Assembly: GCF_000143415.4 (NCBI RefSeq)
Contig: NW_003314278.1
Location: forward strand, 2,252,408 to 2,316,407
From: Selaginella moellendorffii
Taxonomy: Eukaryota > Plantae > Lycopodiophyta
Direction of reading: 5' to 3'
DNA length: 64,000 bases
Position numbers and translations under genes: made by a program. This document shows positions 48,125 through 59,806 of this stretch, in pieces (the first letter of the stretch is position 1; each line of letters opens with the position of its first letter). The notes beneath the pieces were generated by a model that was not told the DNA's origin, ran no database searches, and was given only the letters and a program-made list of their open reading frames with translations.

Positions 48125-49750
48125 TGTGAGACACAAAATCCCTAGGCCCCAAAGTGGAGCCGGAAGGGCGCCATGTGGTAGTGGCCAAAGCGAAAGCCAA
48201 ACGAGCGTAACACGTTTGGACTAAAAGCTCTGACTGGAAAGGTCGAGAGCGGGAGTGGAACTCCCAGCAAAGTGCTCGAGGAATAAGCACGAAGCGAGCC
48301 ATAAGCGAGGCTCTAAAAAGGGACCCGAAAGGACCAACACATGACACATGGAAGAGTCCGAGATGGACCCGAAGTGGAGTCCGATATGGAGTCCAAGATG
48401 GACCCAAAGTGGAGTCCGATATGGAGTCCGAGATGGACCCGAAGTGGAGTCCAATATGGAGTCCGAGATGGACCAAGATGGAGTCCGAGATGGACCCGAG
48501 ATGGAGTCCGAGATGGAGTCCGAGATGGACTCGAGATGGACCCAAGATGGAGTCCGAGATGGACCCGAGATGGAGTCCGAGATGGAGTTCGAGAAGGACC
48601 CGAGATGGAGTCCGAGGTCGAGACCGAGACCGGGACCGAGACCGGGACCGAGACCGAGACCAGGACCAAGACCGAGACCGAGGCCAAGGCCTAGACCGAG
48701 CCCGAGCCCGAGTCCGAGTCCGAGTCCGAGTCCGAGTCCGAGTCCGAGTCCGAGAGGGTGAAAGCCCAAAGCGTTCGTCTCCCAGACCCTAGGGGGTTTG
48801 GTGAGCTCCAAAAGTATAGTAAGGGGGAGGACTGCAGTGGAGCCAGTTTGGCCAGGAAAGGCCAGTTTGGCCCAGGAAGGCCAGACCCTGTGTTGGGTGA
48901 GGAACTGACCACTGGGAAGTCCAAGACTAGAGTGAATACGGACCGACAAGCGGGGTAGCTTGGTGAAGTGTTCAAGAGCCGGCTCTAGTTCCCCCGGGAG
49001 ATCGACTGGCCGATGCTCCCAGTCCAAGTGTGGGTGGCACTACCTACTTGGATACCAGGCGTGGCTCAACGGAACCTCGCTTTAAGCCCATGGCTAGAGC
49101 ACCCAAGGGCGGAAGGCGGGGAGAGTACCCAGGTGGCTCGCGTAAGGCCACGGTGTTTCGAAATGTTGTCCCAAAGGCCCAGACTGTGGAAAGGAAGAGG
49201 AGCAGTCCTCTGGGGTAGTGACCAAAGACACAGTCATGTGGTGAGGAAGTCCCAGAGGACCATGGGACTTAGTGGTCGGGCCTGTGGGCCTCGATCCAGT
49301 GGCAGTGTTGGCAAACACGGCCAGGGGCAGAAAGGGACTTAGTGGGGACGGACAGAGGGATATTGGGGAAGGCTATTCCCCTTGTTGGTGGGCATCCTAA
49401 GGATGCTAAGGAGTGGATCTGAGACGGCCACTCACGGATGGTTTGCCTAGTCTTGGAGAGCCAAGACTGTGATGCAAGTGGTATTGGACTACCAGTGTGG
49501 CAAAGGTGATTGGGCATGGCCTTAGCGTAATAGGCTGCCATGTCGGTGGTACCTTTGAGTGTCGGTCATGGGATCGGACACGTGGAGCACTTAGACCAAA
49601 TGCAAGTGTTGAGTGGCGTGGATGTCGTTCTCGGGGCTAGCAAGTCCCAAGTCCTGAATTGGACTTATGGAGGTTGTGAATGAGACTCCTCCAAGTGGTC
49701 GGAGGTGTGGTTAAGTGACTAAAGTAGAATGGAAAAATTAGTCACTTACA
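48125..49750. mobile_element. Nested solo LTR (1626 bp) with a perfect 5-bp TSD
   Basis: Starts TGTGAG and ends CTTACA. CAGCA flanks both sides (48120-48124, 49751-49755). Absent from the two sibling LTR copies. Confidence 0.88.
48352..48755. repeat. GC-rich hexamer-based minisatellite (GAGTCC/GAGATG/GAGACC units)
   Basis: gagtccgagatggaccc arrays grade into (gagacc)n and (gagtcc)n. Confidence 0.95.
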
Positions 49751-50523
49751 CAGCACGCAAAACGGAGCTAAATGGAGTCTGGCGCTATTTCGGCATACCA
49801 GTGGCCTAACGTGAGGATATGGGTACTCCACCAGCTAGCATGGAATGGAACTTGGGCTTAGACCCAAGCCAGACGCAAAACAAGGACAGGCACGCAAGTG
49901 GGAGCTAGACTATGCCTCAGGTTGGTCGGCCATGCCCGACCTACCCACTATCCCTACTATACATTTGGAACCCCCCACAGCCCCTTAGTATCAGGAGTTA
50001 ATCTCTGGGATAAGCTCGAAACTAACTAAATATGGAATGTCCTTAGATTGTGAATTTGGACATGGGACGAACACCATTGTGTTCAGGCCGATCTCTACAT
50101 TCCGTAGATATGCTAAATGAGCGAATCTAGACACTTTCCATAAATAGCATTTGGGACCGAAATGAGACTAACACAAAGGGCATGACAGCGAGGGTGTTTG
50201 GCAGACACGGTAAGCTATCATGTAGCAATATTGAGGGACTAGTCTCAATACGCGAGGGTTCTTGTCAAGCCAGTGCAAGACAGAGCAAAAGAGAACTAAC
50301 AAGCCGGGCCGAGTATGCTCAGCTAAATAGACACTTAGAAATTCCTTCCTTATGCTCATCCGGCTAAGTACAGATGCTAAGCCCAGTTTACTAACACTTG
50401 AATAAGAGGGGCTTATAAAGGGTCCAGCAATACCGACCTCCTGCCATCGTGGCAGTCAGGTAAGAGTGTCCGTAAGGACCGGCCAATAGGTAACTTTCGA
50501 TACTCGAAGTCACATTCGCGACA

Positions 50524-50790
50524 GGCACCACCTATAGATCCACTGATACTTCTTCCTAATGTTCCTCAAGATCTCAGCCCATCCATAAGAGAACTCCAGT
50601 GGTCTTCCATCATTCCGAGAGGAGGGGATAATGTGAGGTTCAAGCATATAGCTACAATGCCATATACTAATATTAGCGTAATGGGATTTTAGTTGCTATT
50701 AGATTGGTTTCAATCCGGACCACTCGTTCTTATATATAAGCTAGAGTTTTTGGGCTAATTGATATGCACATTTTCTTTATTCCCTTACAT

Positions 50791-50794
<4 letters not shown>
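50524..50794 (+). mobile_element. Second Gypsy 3' end (UTR, PPT, short LTR), inverted relative to 45446-45730
   Basis: gagaggagggg PPT followed by TGTGAGG...cattcac from 50632. Reverse-complement similarity to 45446-45730. Confidence 0.85.

Positions 50795-50841
<47 letters not shown>
50795..50841. repeat. (TA)n microsatellite
   Basis: About 23 TA units. Confidence 0.97.
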
Positions 50842-50845
<4 letters not shown>

Positions 50846-51250
50846 TACTACATCCTCTCCCTTTCAAAAGATGATAAGTTAGGTGGAATCTAAAGCTTCT
50901 ATTAGGGAATTTAAGAGCTACTACAATTTATAAAACATTATTGTAGCAAATAATACATCCCATCTCTAATTTTATTAGTCAATGATCATTCAAGACCACT
51001 ATTAACTTGAACATACTGCCATAAGCAAAATTTGTCTTTGTGTCCTTTTGTTAACATCCAAAATCTGTATTAACTTAGATCATGACTTTCATCCTCGTTC
51101 AACACCACATATGGGAGGTTAGATTTACTCCATTTGTCTTCCACATCCTCCCTATCCCCTCCTTGAAGGAAAAAAAAATCTTGAAGCACTAACATCATTT
51201 AGACTTATTGTGTTTATCCTCACTCCACCTTTTATATTCAATTTCACTCT

Positions 51251-52263
51251 TGTAACATATATAGTTTTCACCTTTTATTTTATGGTGATTTACCATAGGA
51301 TAACCACGAAGCAAAACATAAACCCTCAATATGCCACATGTTATATGCCATGTGTCATATATCATATGTCCAAGGATAGTGGAGTAGAATCTGAGTTTTA
51401 GAGCCTTAGGCCACTGAATGAAGGAACAAAGCCAAACTTCTAAGCATGGAACTAGGGAGTAAAGGAACTAGAGCACGGTGTGACTCCCAAGTGTATAGTC
51501 CAAAGAGTGAAAAGATAGGAGCACGGAGTGACTCCCAAGTGTATAGTCCAAAGAGTGAAAAGATAGGAGCACGGAGTGACTCCCAAGTGTATAGTCCAAA
51601 GAGTGAAAAGATAGGAGCACGGAGTGACTTGGAACAGTCTTAGAGCATCCAATATTCCAATGTCAGGACTAATATACAAAACGGAGCCAAATGGAGTTTA
51701 ACACTATTTTAGCATACCGTTGACTTAACACGAGAATATGGGTATAGGACAAACTTGAAACTAATTAAATATGGTATAGCACTAGATTGCAAATTTAGAC
51801 ACGGGGACTAACACCGTTGTGTTTAGGACAATCTATACATTCTATAGATATACCAAATTAGAAGATCTAGACACTTTTTATAAATAGCCAATAAGATAAG
51901 AATAAGACTAACATAAAGGGTATGATAGCGAGGGTGTTTTGTAGACACGGTAAGTTATCATCTAGCAATATTAAAGGATTAATCTCAATATGTGGGGGTT
52001 CTTGTCATTAGCCAATGTGAAACACAACAAGATAAGAACTTCTTATTAGGCCAAGTATACTTAGCTAATAGCACATAGGAATTCTGTCCTTATGGTTATT
52101 TGGTCTCAATACACTCGAAATGTCCAATTAACTTCACTAGCATAAAAGGAACTAATAAAGGATCTAACAATACTGACCTCCTACCATTGTGGCAATGAGG
52201 AAAGAATATTCAAAAGGACCAACCGACAAATAATTTTTGATACCCATAATCAGATTTCTGACA
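51251..52263 (-). mobile_element. Solo LTR of the ~1.07-kb family
   Basis: TGTAAC...TGACA, homologous to 47820-50523. (A)CTCT flanks on both sides. Confidence 0.8.
51471..51629. repeat. 48-bp tandem repeat, about 3.3 copies, inside the solo LTR
   Basis: gagcacggagtgactcccaagtgtatagtccaaagagtgaaaagatag, almost perfect copies. Confidence 0.95.
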
Positions 52264-54018
52264 CTCTCGCCCTTTTAGGGAAGATTAACATCCTCATTAA
52301 TGCATACTCTAGTCTAGAATATAACCAAGGAAACAACTCTAGAAAAAGTTCACACTTTATGAGAAATGCACCAACTTAAATGCATTAGGCAAATGCGCTA
52401 CTAACTCAAACACTTTCTAGCTATCGCTAACAAAGAAATGACTAATGGAGTTAACCACACTTACTACTTTAAATGTCACCTAACTTACAAAAGTGTGATA
52501 CACCCCTACCTAGAAAAGATATAGATAAAGAAGTTAAAGGCCCCAACCCTCATGAGCAAAGAAACCAAACCCATTAGTAAAGTTTAGATAAACTATTGTA
52601 AATAGGCAGGTAAAGTTATTTATACAGTCACACCTGTTTTAAATGAAATAAAAAACATTGAGAGAAAGGCAAATGATGTGACCAATCGATAGTAACTACC
52701 TCATGACTAAAGATTTCATCATACACACAAAGTGCTAAAGCAATTCTACCTTTACTGGCCCAAACCCAAAGATGAAAAAATGGACAATATCAAAGTCATA
52801 GATAATGATATCTTAGAGACTTAATTATCAGTGAATAAATCTTAAATTACGACACAAAATTATTCCAAATAAGTTATCATCTGATAAACTAGTATTAGAG
52901 TACAAGAACCACCAAAATCATCATATGTGGAAAATATAGGATTCACCATCTAACAAAATTCAATAGTAAGTGTTATAAAAAACACTTAATGATAGATCCT
53001 AATTATCAAAAATTGTAGATAGTATGCCAAACAACTTACGAAAAATAACTCAAAGAACACAAAGTATTATTAACTATCAAGTAAAATGCTCACAAATGTA
53101 TTATCCAAAGGAAATAACATTTAAATCTATTAGAACTAATTTGAGTAACAATCAACAGAACAAAATAAATTTTGCAAAGCAAATAAACATTTGTTCATGC
53201 TAACCATCATACTAACCAATTTAAATAGATCCTAGTCAATAATATAAAGGAACTTGAGTTGCTTAAACAGGTGTCAACAATTCTACCAATATCTCAAACC
53301 TATAATACCAATCTAGAGCAATATCTCAAACCCAAGAGATCAATCTAGAGTGGACCACAAAGAACATGTGGTATTGTAAAAAGCTAAAAGCTATAAAAGA
53401 GAACACTAACTATCATGAAAAATCATCAATCATCATATCAATAAAGAGATGTAGAATCATCATTAAAGAAGGAATCCACCATCCCGAAGAACAACAAATC
53501 ACACTATATCAATAATAATCAAGCAAAATCTTTTGAAAAGGATAATCAACTATTCTAAATGATAGTCAATCATCACTAATAATTGCTAGATGCAAATACT
53601 AATTTCAACATCGAAGCTAATAAGCCAAAATGCCTTCTTTAATAACTTTTAACAAATGGAATAATGAGCATGACAACTTAAGAAACCAAAAGTTCGAAGA
53701 AACCTATAGCAAAGTTTTGCCTAATAATGATCATAAGTCTTGCATAAACTAATATCAATGCAAAAGAAAAAATCATAGTACAACTCATAATAACATTTCT
53801 AACACATCCATAAGCAAACTTTATAATGTTAAAACTAATGAAGAGCATATTTGCATCAATCCAAAAGCTAAACACAATGAAACTATACTCAACAAGTGAT
53901 CACGAAATGATCCTTTATGAATCCATATTTTATAGAAACATGGAAAAGCACAAACCAAATGACTACTCAAATCCAATTGAATTGCAATAAAGTCATCCTC
54001 TATAATTGGCTTCACTCA

Positions 54019-55128
54019 TGTAGCACATATGGTTTTCACCCTTTATTCTATGATGATTTACCATAAGATAACCACAAAGCAAAACTTAAACCCTCAATGT
54101 ACCATATGTCAAATGCTATATACCACATACCACATATCCAAAAACAACAGAGTGGAACTTAAGTTTCAATACCTTGGGCCACTGAATAAAGAAATGGAGC
54201 TAAACTCTTAAACATGGAGCTAAGGAGTAAAGGAACTAGAGTATGGAGAAACTTCTGAGAGTACAACCCAAAGAGCAAAAGGACAAAAGCACAAAGTGAT
54301 TTGGAATAGTCTTAGAGCATCTAACATTCCAATGCTAAGACCAATACACAAAATAGAGCTAAACAGAATTTAGTGCTATTTCAGCATACCGATGATCTAA
54401 CGTGAGGATATAAGTATTCCACCAAGTAGCATGGTGTGGAATTTGGGCTTAGACCCAAACTAGACATAGAACAAGGACAAACATACAAGAAGGGGCTAAA
54501 ATATGCCTTAGGTTGGTCAACCATGCCTAACTTACCCACTATCCTTACTATACATCGACTTACCTCCACCCTTAAGGAACACACGCTTTGGGTTTAAACC
54601 CCTAGCCTCCCTTAATACCAAAAGTTAGTCTCTAAAACAAGCTTGAAACTTATTAAATATGGTATGGTGCTTAATTGGTATTGTGTTTAGAACAATCTCT
54701 ACATTCCATAAATATGCCAAATTAGTATATCTAGACATTTTCCATAAATAGCCAATAGGACTGAAATGAGACTAACACAAAAGGCATGATAACGAAGGTG
54801 TTTGATAAACATAGTAAATTATCATTTAGTGATATTAAAAGACTAATCTCAATATCTGGGGGGGTCTTCTCACTAGCTAGTGCAAAATACAATGAGACAA
54901 GAACTCCTTACTGGGCTAAGTATGCTTAATTAATAGCACATAAGAATTCCATCATTATACTCGTCTAATCTAAATACACTCAAAATGCCTAGTTAACTCT
55001 ATTAGCACAAAAGGGAGTAATAAAGGATCCAGCAATACTAACCTCCTACCGTCGTGGCAATAAGGAAAAAATATCCAAAAGGACTAGCTGACAGGTAACT
55101 TTCGATACACACAATCACATTCGCGACA
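54019..55128 (-). mobile_element. Solo LTR of the ~1.07-kb family
   Basis: TGTAGCAC...TTCGCGACA with flanks ACTCA / ACTCG (TSD with one mismatch). Confidence 0.85.
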
Positions 55129-57203
55129 ACTCGACTATCGCATTTATTCAACCTTATTACATTAAGGATAAATATTTCATTCGGACTTGTTATACTTATC
55201 ATCACTCCACAATCCATATTTTTCATCCTCACTCCACTATTGTATTCACTTGTTCTCATTGTATTATTGAGGTCAGACTCCTATCCATCACCTCTACCCC
55301 CTCCTTCTAAAAAAAAGTTTGAAATATCAGAGTAAAGAGGAAAAAAATGGAAACAATTAAGAAAAATATTATGAGAGAAAAAAAGTGGATTAAAAAATAT
55401 TGAAAAAGGAATTTTCAATAGCTATCAAATTGGAAATAGAAAAAGGACATAGGTTTAAAGCTTAGAAAACATGGGACTTCCTGTCATAAAATATTACACA
55501 ATTAACTTGAAACTTTGGCTAAAGTGACTCAACCCTTAGAATATTAAAATATTCAACACCAGAACTGATCAAAGGCTCTAGCAAGGAAACAAAAACAAAA
55601 TTCTCAACTTCATATATACATTTAACATTTAAATTAGTATGAAGAAGACAGAAAGCATTTAACTCAACACCAAACTGAGAATGAGAATCATAAGAGTCAT
55701 AAATAATTGATATGACAAAAGAAAGAAATATTGTAGATAAGGAAAGAACACGAATAACATAAGAAGGGGGCTAAAGTTGATAAATAAGGAAATGTTAAGA
55801 AAGATCAAAAGGTAAAGAAAAAGGATCAAATAATAGGTTGAAGGATTGATATTTACCATATGAAATTTTTAACTTGTCTCAAAAACTATCTCTATAATAA
55901 TGAAACTCATCAATTCTAGAATCCATTTGAGCTCATGAATATCATCTTTCCATAAACTCAATATTTGAACATTCTCTAAAAGTTGGATTTTGTCACTCAT
56001 AACTCACAATTCAATATCACAATTACACTCCATATCAAAGGGAAATAACAGAATATTGAGAACAATATAAACTGTATAATCATGTCCCACAAACAGCAAC
56101 ACACTAAGGATGGGTGTAATGAAGATCAAAAGGGAGAGAACAAAGGATAAGAATAAAAACACAACCCCAAACACTGAGCAAAACATTACTAAAAAACTTT
56201 GCCCTCCAAAAACAATTGTAATATCCCTCACCTTTACCAATATGAGTGCTCTACTTATATACAAGAATGAATGGATTATATTCAATCCCAAATAGATAGT
56301 TTATAAGTACTATAATTAGCATATTATCAAGGTAGGGTATATACATACATATATATACACATACATTTATAGACATTACACAACCATATAAGATATTTAG
56401 TAATATAAAAATATTTAGTTGTAGATTAAGTTAAAAGCTGGACCAAACTAACTTATTCAATTGAACATAATGGACTCCTATATATTTTACTAACTAAAAC
56501 CCTAATCAAGAATATTTTATTTAAATTGACTATAAGAGTTAATTATAAAAAAATGTGTGTCTATATTTAATTAGGTGCAAAATTTCATGAATTATGTGGT
56601 TGTGAGGAAACTTTGAAGCTTTTTTGTGTGCGCCTAATGTGAACAACTATGTTTATAGTAATTTTAATATTGCTACATTTATAAATAACTTTTCTACTTG
56701 TTTTTGGTCATAAAGTTTTTTTAATTTTTAAAATATTTTTATAGATGTTAAAAATGTTTTTTATAAATGCTAAAAAGAAATAACAGAAAAGTGAAATAAA
56801 TATAAATATTTAAGAGATGTTTATTTAGTGTAATATAAACATAATCTCCAAACTGAAATGGAAAAATAAATGCCCAAACTATGTATATGCCATGCTCATC
56901 ATATGAATACTGAACATTAAAAAATTACTAACATATGCCTGAAAAAAGCACCAAACACTTAAAATTGTTAAAAGGAGAAAGCAGTGATGCCCAATGATAT
57001 ATAATGCATTGAACTTTAAGGATTACATTGAGAAGATGAGTTGTTTGATGTGTCATGTTTTTACAAAGAATCCAACAGAAGTTTTTTTAGAGTGATTCCA
57101 GCGACATCTTACTTCCAGAGCTGCTGCTTTTTGGATAATGTAGCCGAGATCTCACAGAAAATTGCGTGCTCGAGCAATTGAGACCCACTCGACAATGAGA
57201 GCG

Positions 57204-59381
57204 TCAGAGCTTCGTTGCAGTCTTGTACAATTCCTGATTTTGATTTCTCCTTAGAGCCTTGTAAACCTCCGGCTCGACCCCATCAATGACAAACAAGTTA
57301 GCAAGCAAAACATAAGCACAGTTCCCTCCAAGACGGCTCCCACACTTTGGGAGCAAACTTAATATCTCACCGGCTGCTCTCGTGCCTCGCTCCACCTGCT
57401 TGTGACTCTTGCAAGCCCCAAGCAGTGAGGTCCACTCCAACACGTCCGGAACCACAGGCATTGTAAGGATGAGTTCTTCTGCCTCAGCCAAGTAGCCCGA
57501 TCGAGCAAGAGCGTCGACCATGGAGCTGTAGTGGTGCTTCTCTGGAACGATCCCAAAATCCATTTGCATCGACACAAAACAGCACCGGCTCGCGTAAACT
57601 CTCCCGTGGTGGCAGCAAACCCCGAGCACGGCCGAGAAGCAGGCATCGTCCGGTCGAGCGTCCCCGACTTTCATCTCCTCGAACAGATTCAGAGCCTCGC
57701 TCGAGTGTCCTTTGATTACAAAGCTCGCCAGCATTGCTCCCCACAGCACCGTGTCCCTCTCGGGCATGCGATCAAACAGCTTCTTTGCTCGAGCGACGAA
57801 CCCGCTTTGGGCATACGCGGCCAGCATCACCGTCCACGACACCAGGTCCTGCTGCGGCATCACCGTCTCGAACAAAGCTCTCGCCTGGCTCAAGTCGCCG
57901 AGCTCGCTGTACGCGGCCAGCATCACATTCCACGAGAACATATCCCTCTGGGGCATCTCGTCGAACATATGCTTGACCTCGTCGATATGCCCGCTCCGGG
58001 CATACGCGTCCTCCATAGCCGTCCAGGACACCAAGTTCTTCTCCGGCATGGAGTCAAACACCATCTTCGTCTTCGTGACATGCCCAGACACGGCATATCC
58101 GGTCAGCATGGCCGTCCAGGACACGATGTTCCGCTGTGGCATCGCGTCAAAGATGGCCTTCGCTTGCTCGACATGCCCGTTTTGAGCATACGCCGTGAGC
58201 ATCGCGTTCCATGTCACAATGTCTCTTGTGTCGAGCCCGTCAAAGGCTCGCCTGGCCTTTGCCACATCCCCCGTGAGCGCGTGAAGCGAGATCAAAGTGC
58301 TCCACGAAACCACGTTGTGCTGCGGCATCCGGTGGAAGAGCTTCTTTGCTTGATCCACCAACTCATTCCTCGCGAGCGCGCCCAAGAGCTCGTTCCACGA
58401 GCCTAAGTTCCTCTCCGGCATGTCAGCGAAGGTCTTCCTGGCCTCGGCGAGGTGACCGTTCTCGACGTAGGCCGAGAGCATCGCGTTCCAGGAGATGAGG
58501 TTTCTCTGTGGCATGGAATCGAAGACTCGCTTCGCGTCCTCGAGATGGCCATTTTGCGAGTAGACCGACAGCAGCGCTGTCCAGGCGACGAGATCTCTGT
58601 GTGGCAGCTCTTGGAACATTTTCTGTGCGTCTTTGAGCCGGTTCTGGTGAGAGTAAACGACGAGGATCGCCGTGGCTGCGATGAGATCCCACTGAGGCAT
58701 CTGGTTGTAGACAGCAATCGCAAGATCCAAATGCGCGTTTTGGGCATATGCTGAAAGCATTGTGTTCCACGTTATGAGATCTCTAAGAGGCATTTCATCG
58801 AATATAATCTTTGCGCCTTTCACGTTTCCGTTTTTTCCAAAAGCGTCCAAGATCGTGCTCCACGATACGAGGTTCTTCTGCGGCATACGATCAAACGCCT
58901 GCTTGGTTTTGGAAAGATGCCCATTTTGGGCATACACAACTACGAGTGCGTTCCAAGAGATGAGATCCCACTGCGGCATTGACTCGAGCATCACTTCCAC
59001 CTCGTCGATCTTCCCCCTGCGAGCATAGGCCGCGAGCATCGCGTTCCACGACGAGAGCACCTTGCAGGGAAACGGCATGGAATCGAAGAAGCTCCGGGCC
59101 TCTTGGAGGCTGCCGGTGCGCGTGTAGGCGCCAAGCATGAGCTGCCATGAGAAATCGTCCCTCTCCCACGCCGCGATGCCATCGAAGACCTCCCGCGCGC
59201 GCTTGCTGCTGCCGCATCTGCCATACATCTCGATCAGCCGGTTGCGCACGAAGCACACAGCGTAGAGCTGCGGCTGCTGCTCCTGGATGACGAGATGGAC
59301 GTCCTCCGCCATAGCCAGCGTCGCGCAAGCTTGGATTCGCTCGTAGCAGTCGCTCACAGTCTGGAAGAGGAAGACGATCAT
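57204..59381 (-). CDS. PLS-class PPR protein (long SS array plus E domain, no DYW)
   Basis: About 17 repeats of 31 aa, HHYSSMVDALARSG, WTSLLGAC, AYVLLAN. Alternative start MAED at 59312. Confidence 0.93.
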   Translation of the reverse strand: MIVFLFQTVSDCYERIQACATLAMAEDVHLVIQEQQPQLYAVCFVRNRLIEMYGRCGSSKRAREVFDGIAAWERDDFSWQLMLGAYTRTGSLQEARSFFDSMPFPCKVLSSWNAMLAAYARRGKIDEVEVMLESMPQWDLISWNALVVVYAQNGHLSKTKQAFDRMPQKNLVSWSTILDAFGKNGNVKGAKIIFDEMPLRDLITWNTMLSAYAQNAHLDLAIAVYNQMPQWDLIAATAILVVYSHQNRLKDAQKMFQELPHRDLVAWTALLSVYSQNGHLEDAKRVFDSMPQRNLISWNAMLSAYVENGHLAEARKTFADMPERNLGSWNELLGALARNELVDQAKKLFHRMPQHNVVSWSTLISLHALTGDVAKARRAFDGLDTRDIVTWNAMLTAYAQNGHVEQAKAIFDAMPQRNIVSWTAMLTGYAVSGHVTKTKMVFDSMPEKNLVSWTAMEDAYARSGHIDEVKHMFDEMPQRDMFSWNVMLAAYSELGDLSQARALFETVMPQQDLVSWTVMLAAYAQSGFVARAKKLFDRMPERDTVLWGAMLASFVIKGHSSEALNLFEEMKVGDARPDDACFSAVLGVCCHHGRVYASRCCFVSMQMDFGIVPEKHHYSSMVDALARSGYLAEAEELILTMPVVPDVLEWTSLLGACKSHKQVERGTRAAGEILSLLPKCGSRLGGNCAYVLLANLFVIDGVEPEVYKALRRNQNQELYKTATKL

Positions 59382-59690
59382 TTGACTGGCAATGTGTCAA
59401 AGTGAATATTGTAATTTGACTCCGCCAGCTGGCCAACCGCTAGTTAAACATTGACTAGCATTGACTAGATAACTCGGCCGCCGATAAACATTGACTAGCA
59501 TTGGCTTTGACATGGCACTAGAGCTGGCTAAACATTGACTAGCTAAACATGACGAACATTGACTAGATACTCTAGAAACTGGACCGTTGACTAAATATTG
59601 ACTAGCATTGACTACATACTGTGCCACCGTTGACTATAGCTGTTGCTAGATAGTGCTTTGACTCGGCCACCGTTGACTAGAACTGACTAA
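59382..59690. repeat. Degenerate CATTGACTAG tandem repeat (13 TTGACT W-box cores)
   Basis: TTGACT at about 59382, 59416, 59451, 59461, 59491, 59535, 59559, 59587, 59598, 59608, 59630, 59658 and 59673. Confidence 0.8.
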
Positions 59691-59806
59691 AGATAGAGAG
59701 CACTCGCTACAAACAATGTACAATTTCGCCGTTCTCCTCCTCTCTCGTCCTTGGTCGCGGGGAAGAAGCCAGTCTCACGCAGAGATCTCCAACTCGAGAG
59801 AGCGCG

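Larger units (their letters stand above)
47806..50523 (-). mobile_element. 5' LTR (~1.07 kb family, interrupted by a nested LTR) with a tRNA-Met PBS
   Basis: TGTAGCAC...TTCGCGACA at 47820-50523. Adjacent GCTCTGATACAA is the reverse of the PBS TGGTATCAGAGC with one mismatch. Homologous to 51251-52263 and 54019-55128. Confidence 0.85.

Noticed and set aside
48099-49027. Long ORFs with GLGLGL/SPSPSP/DRDRDR repeats
   Set aside because: They are translations of the hexamer minisatellite inside a solo LTR, open in several frames on both strands.
51471-51629. CRISPR-like regular repeat
   Set aside because: Head-to-tail 48-bp units with no unique spacers, in a eukaryotic LTR context, with no cas genes.
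52270-57100. AT-rich stretches with hydrophobic short ORFs
   Set aside because: Probably very decayed TE sequence. No domain could be supported.
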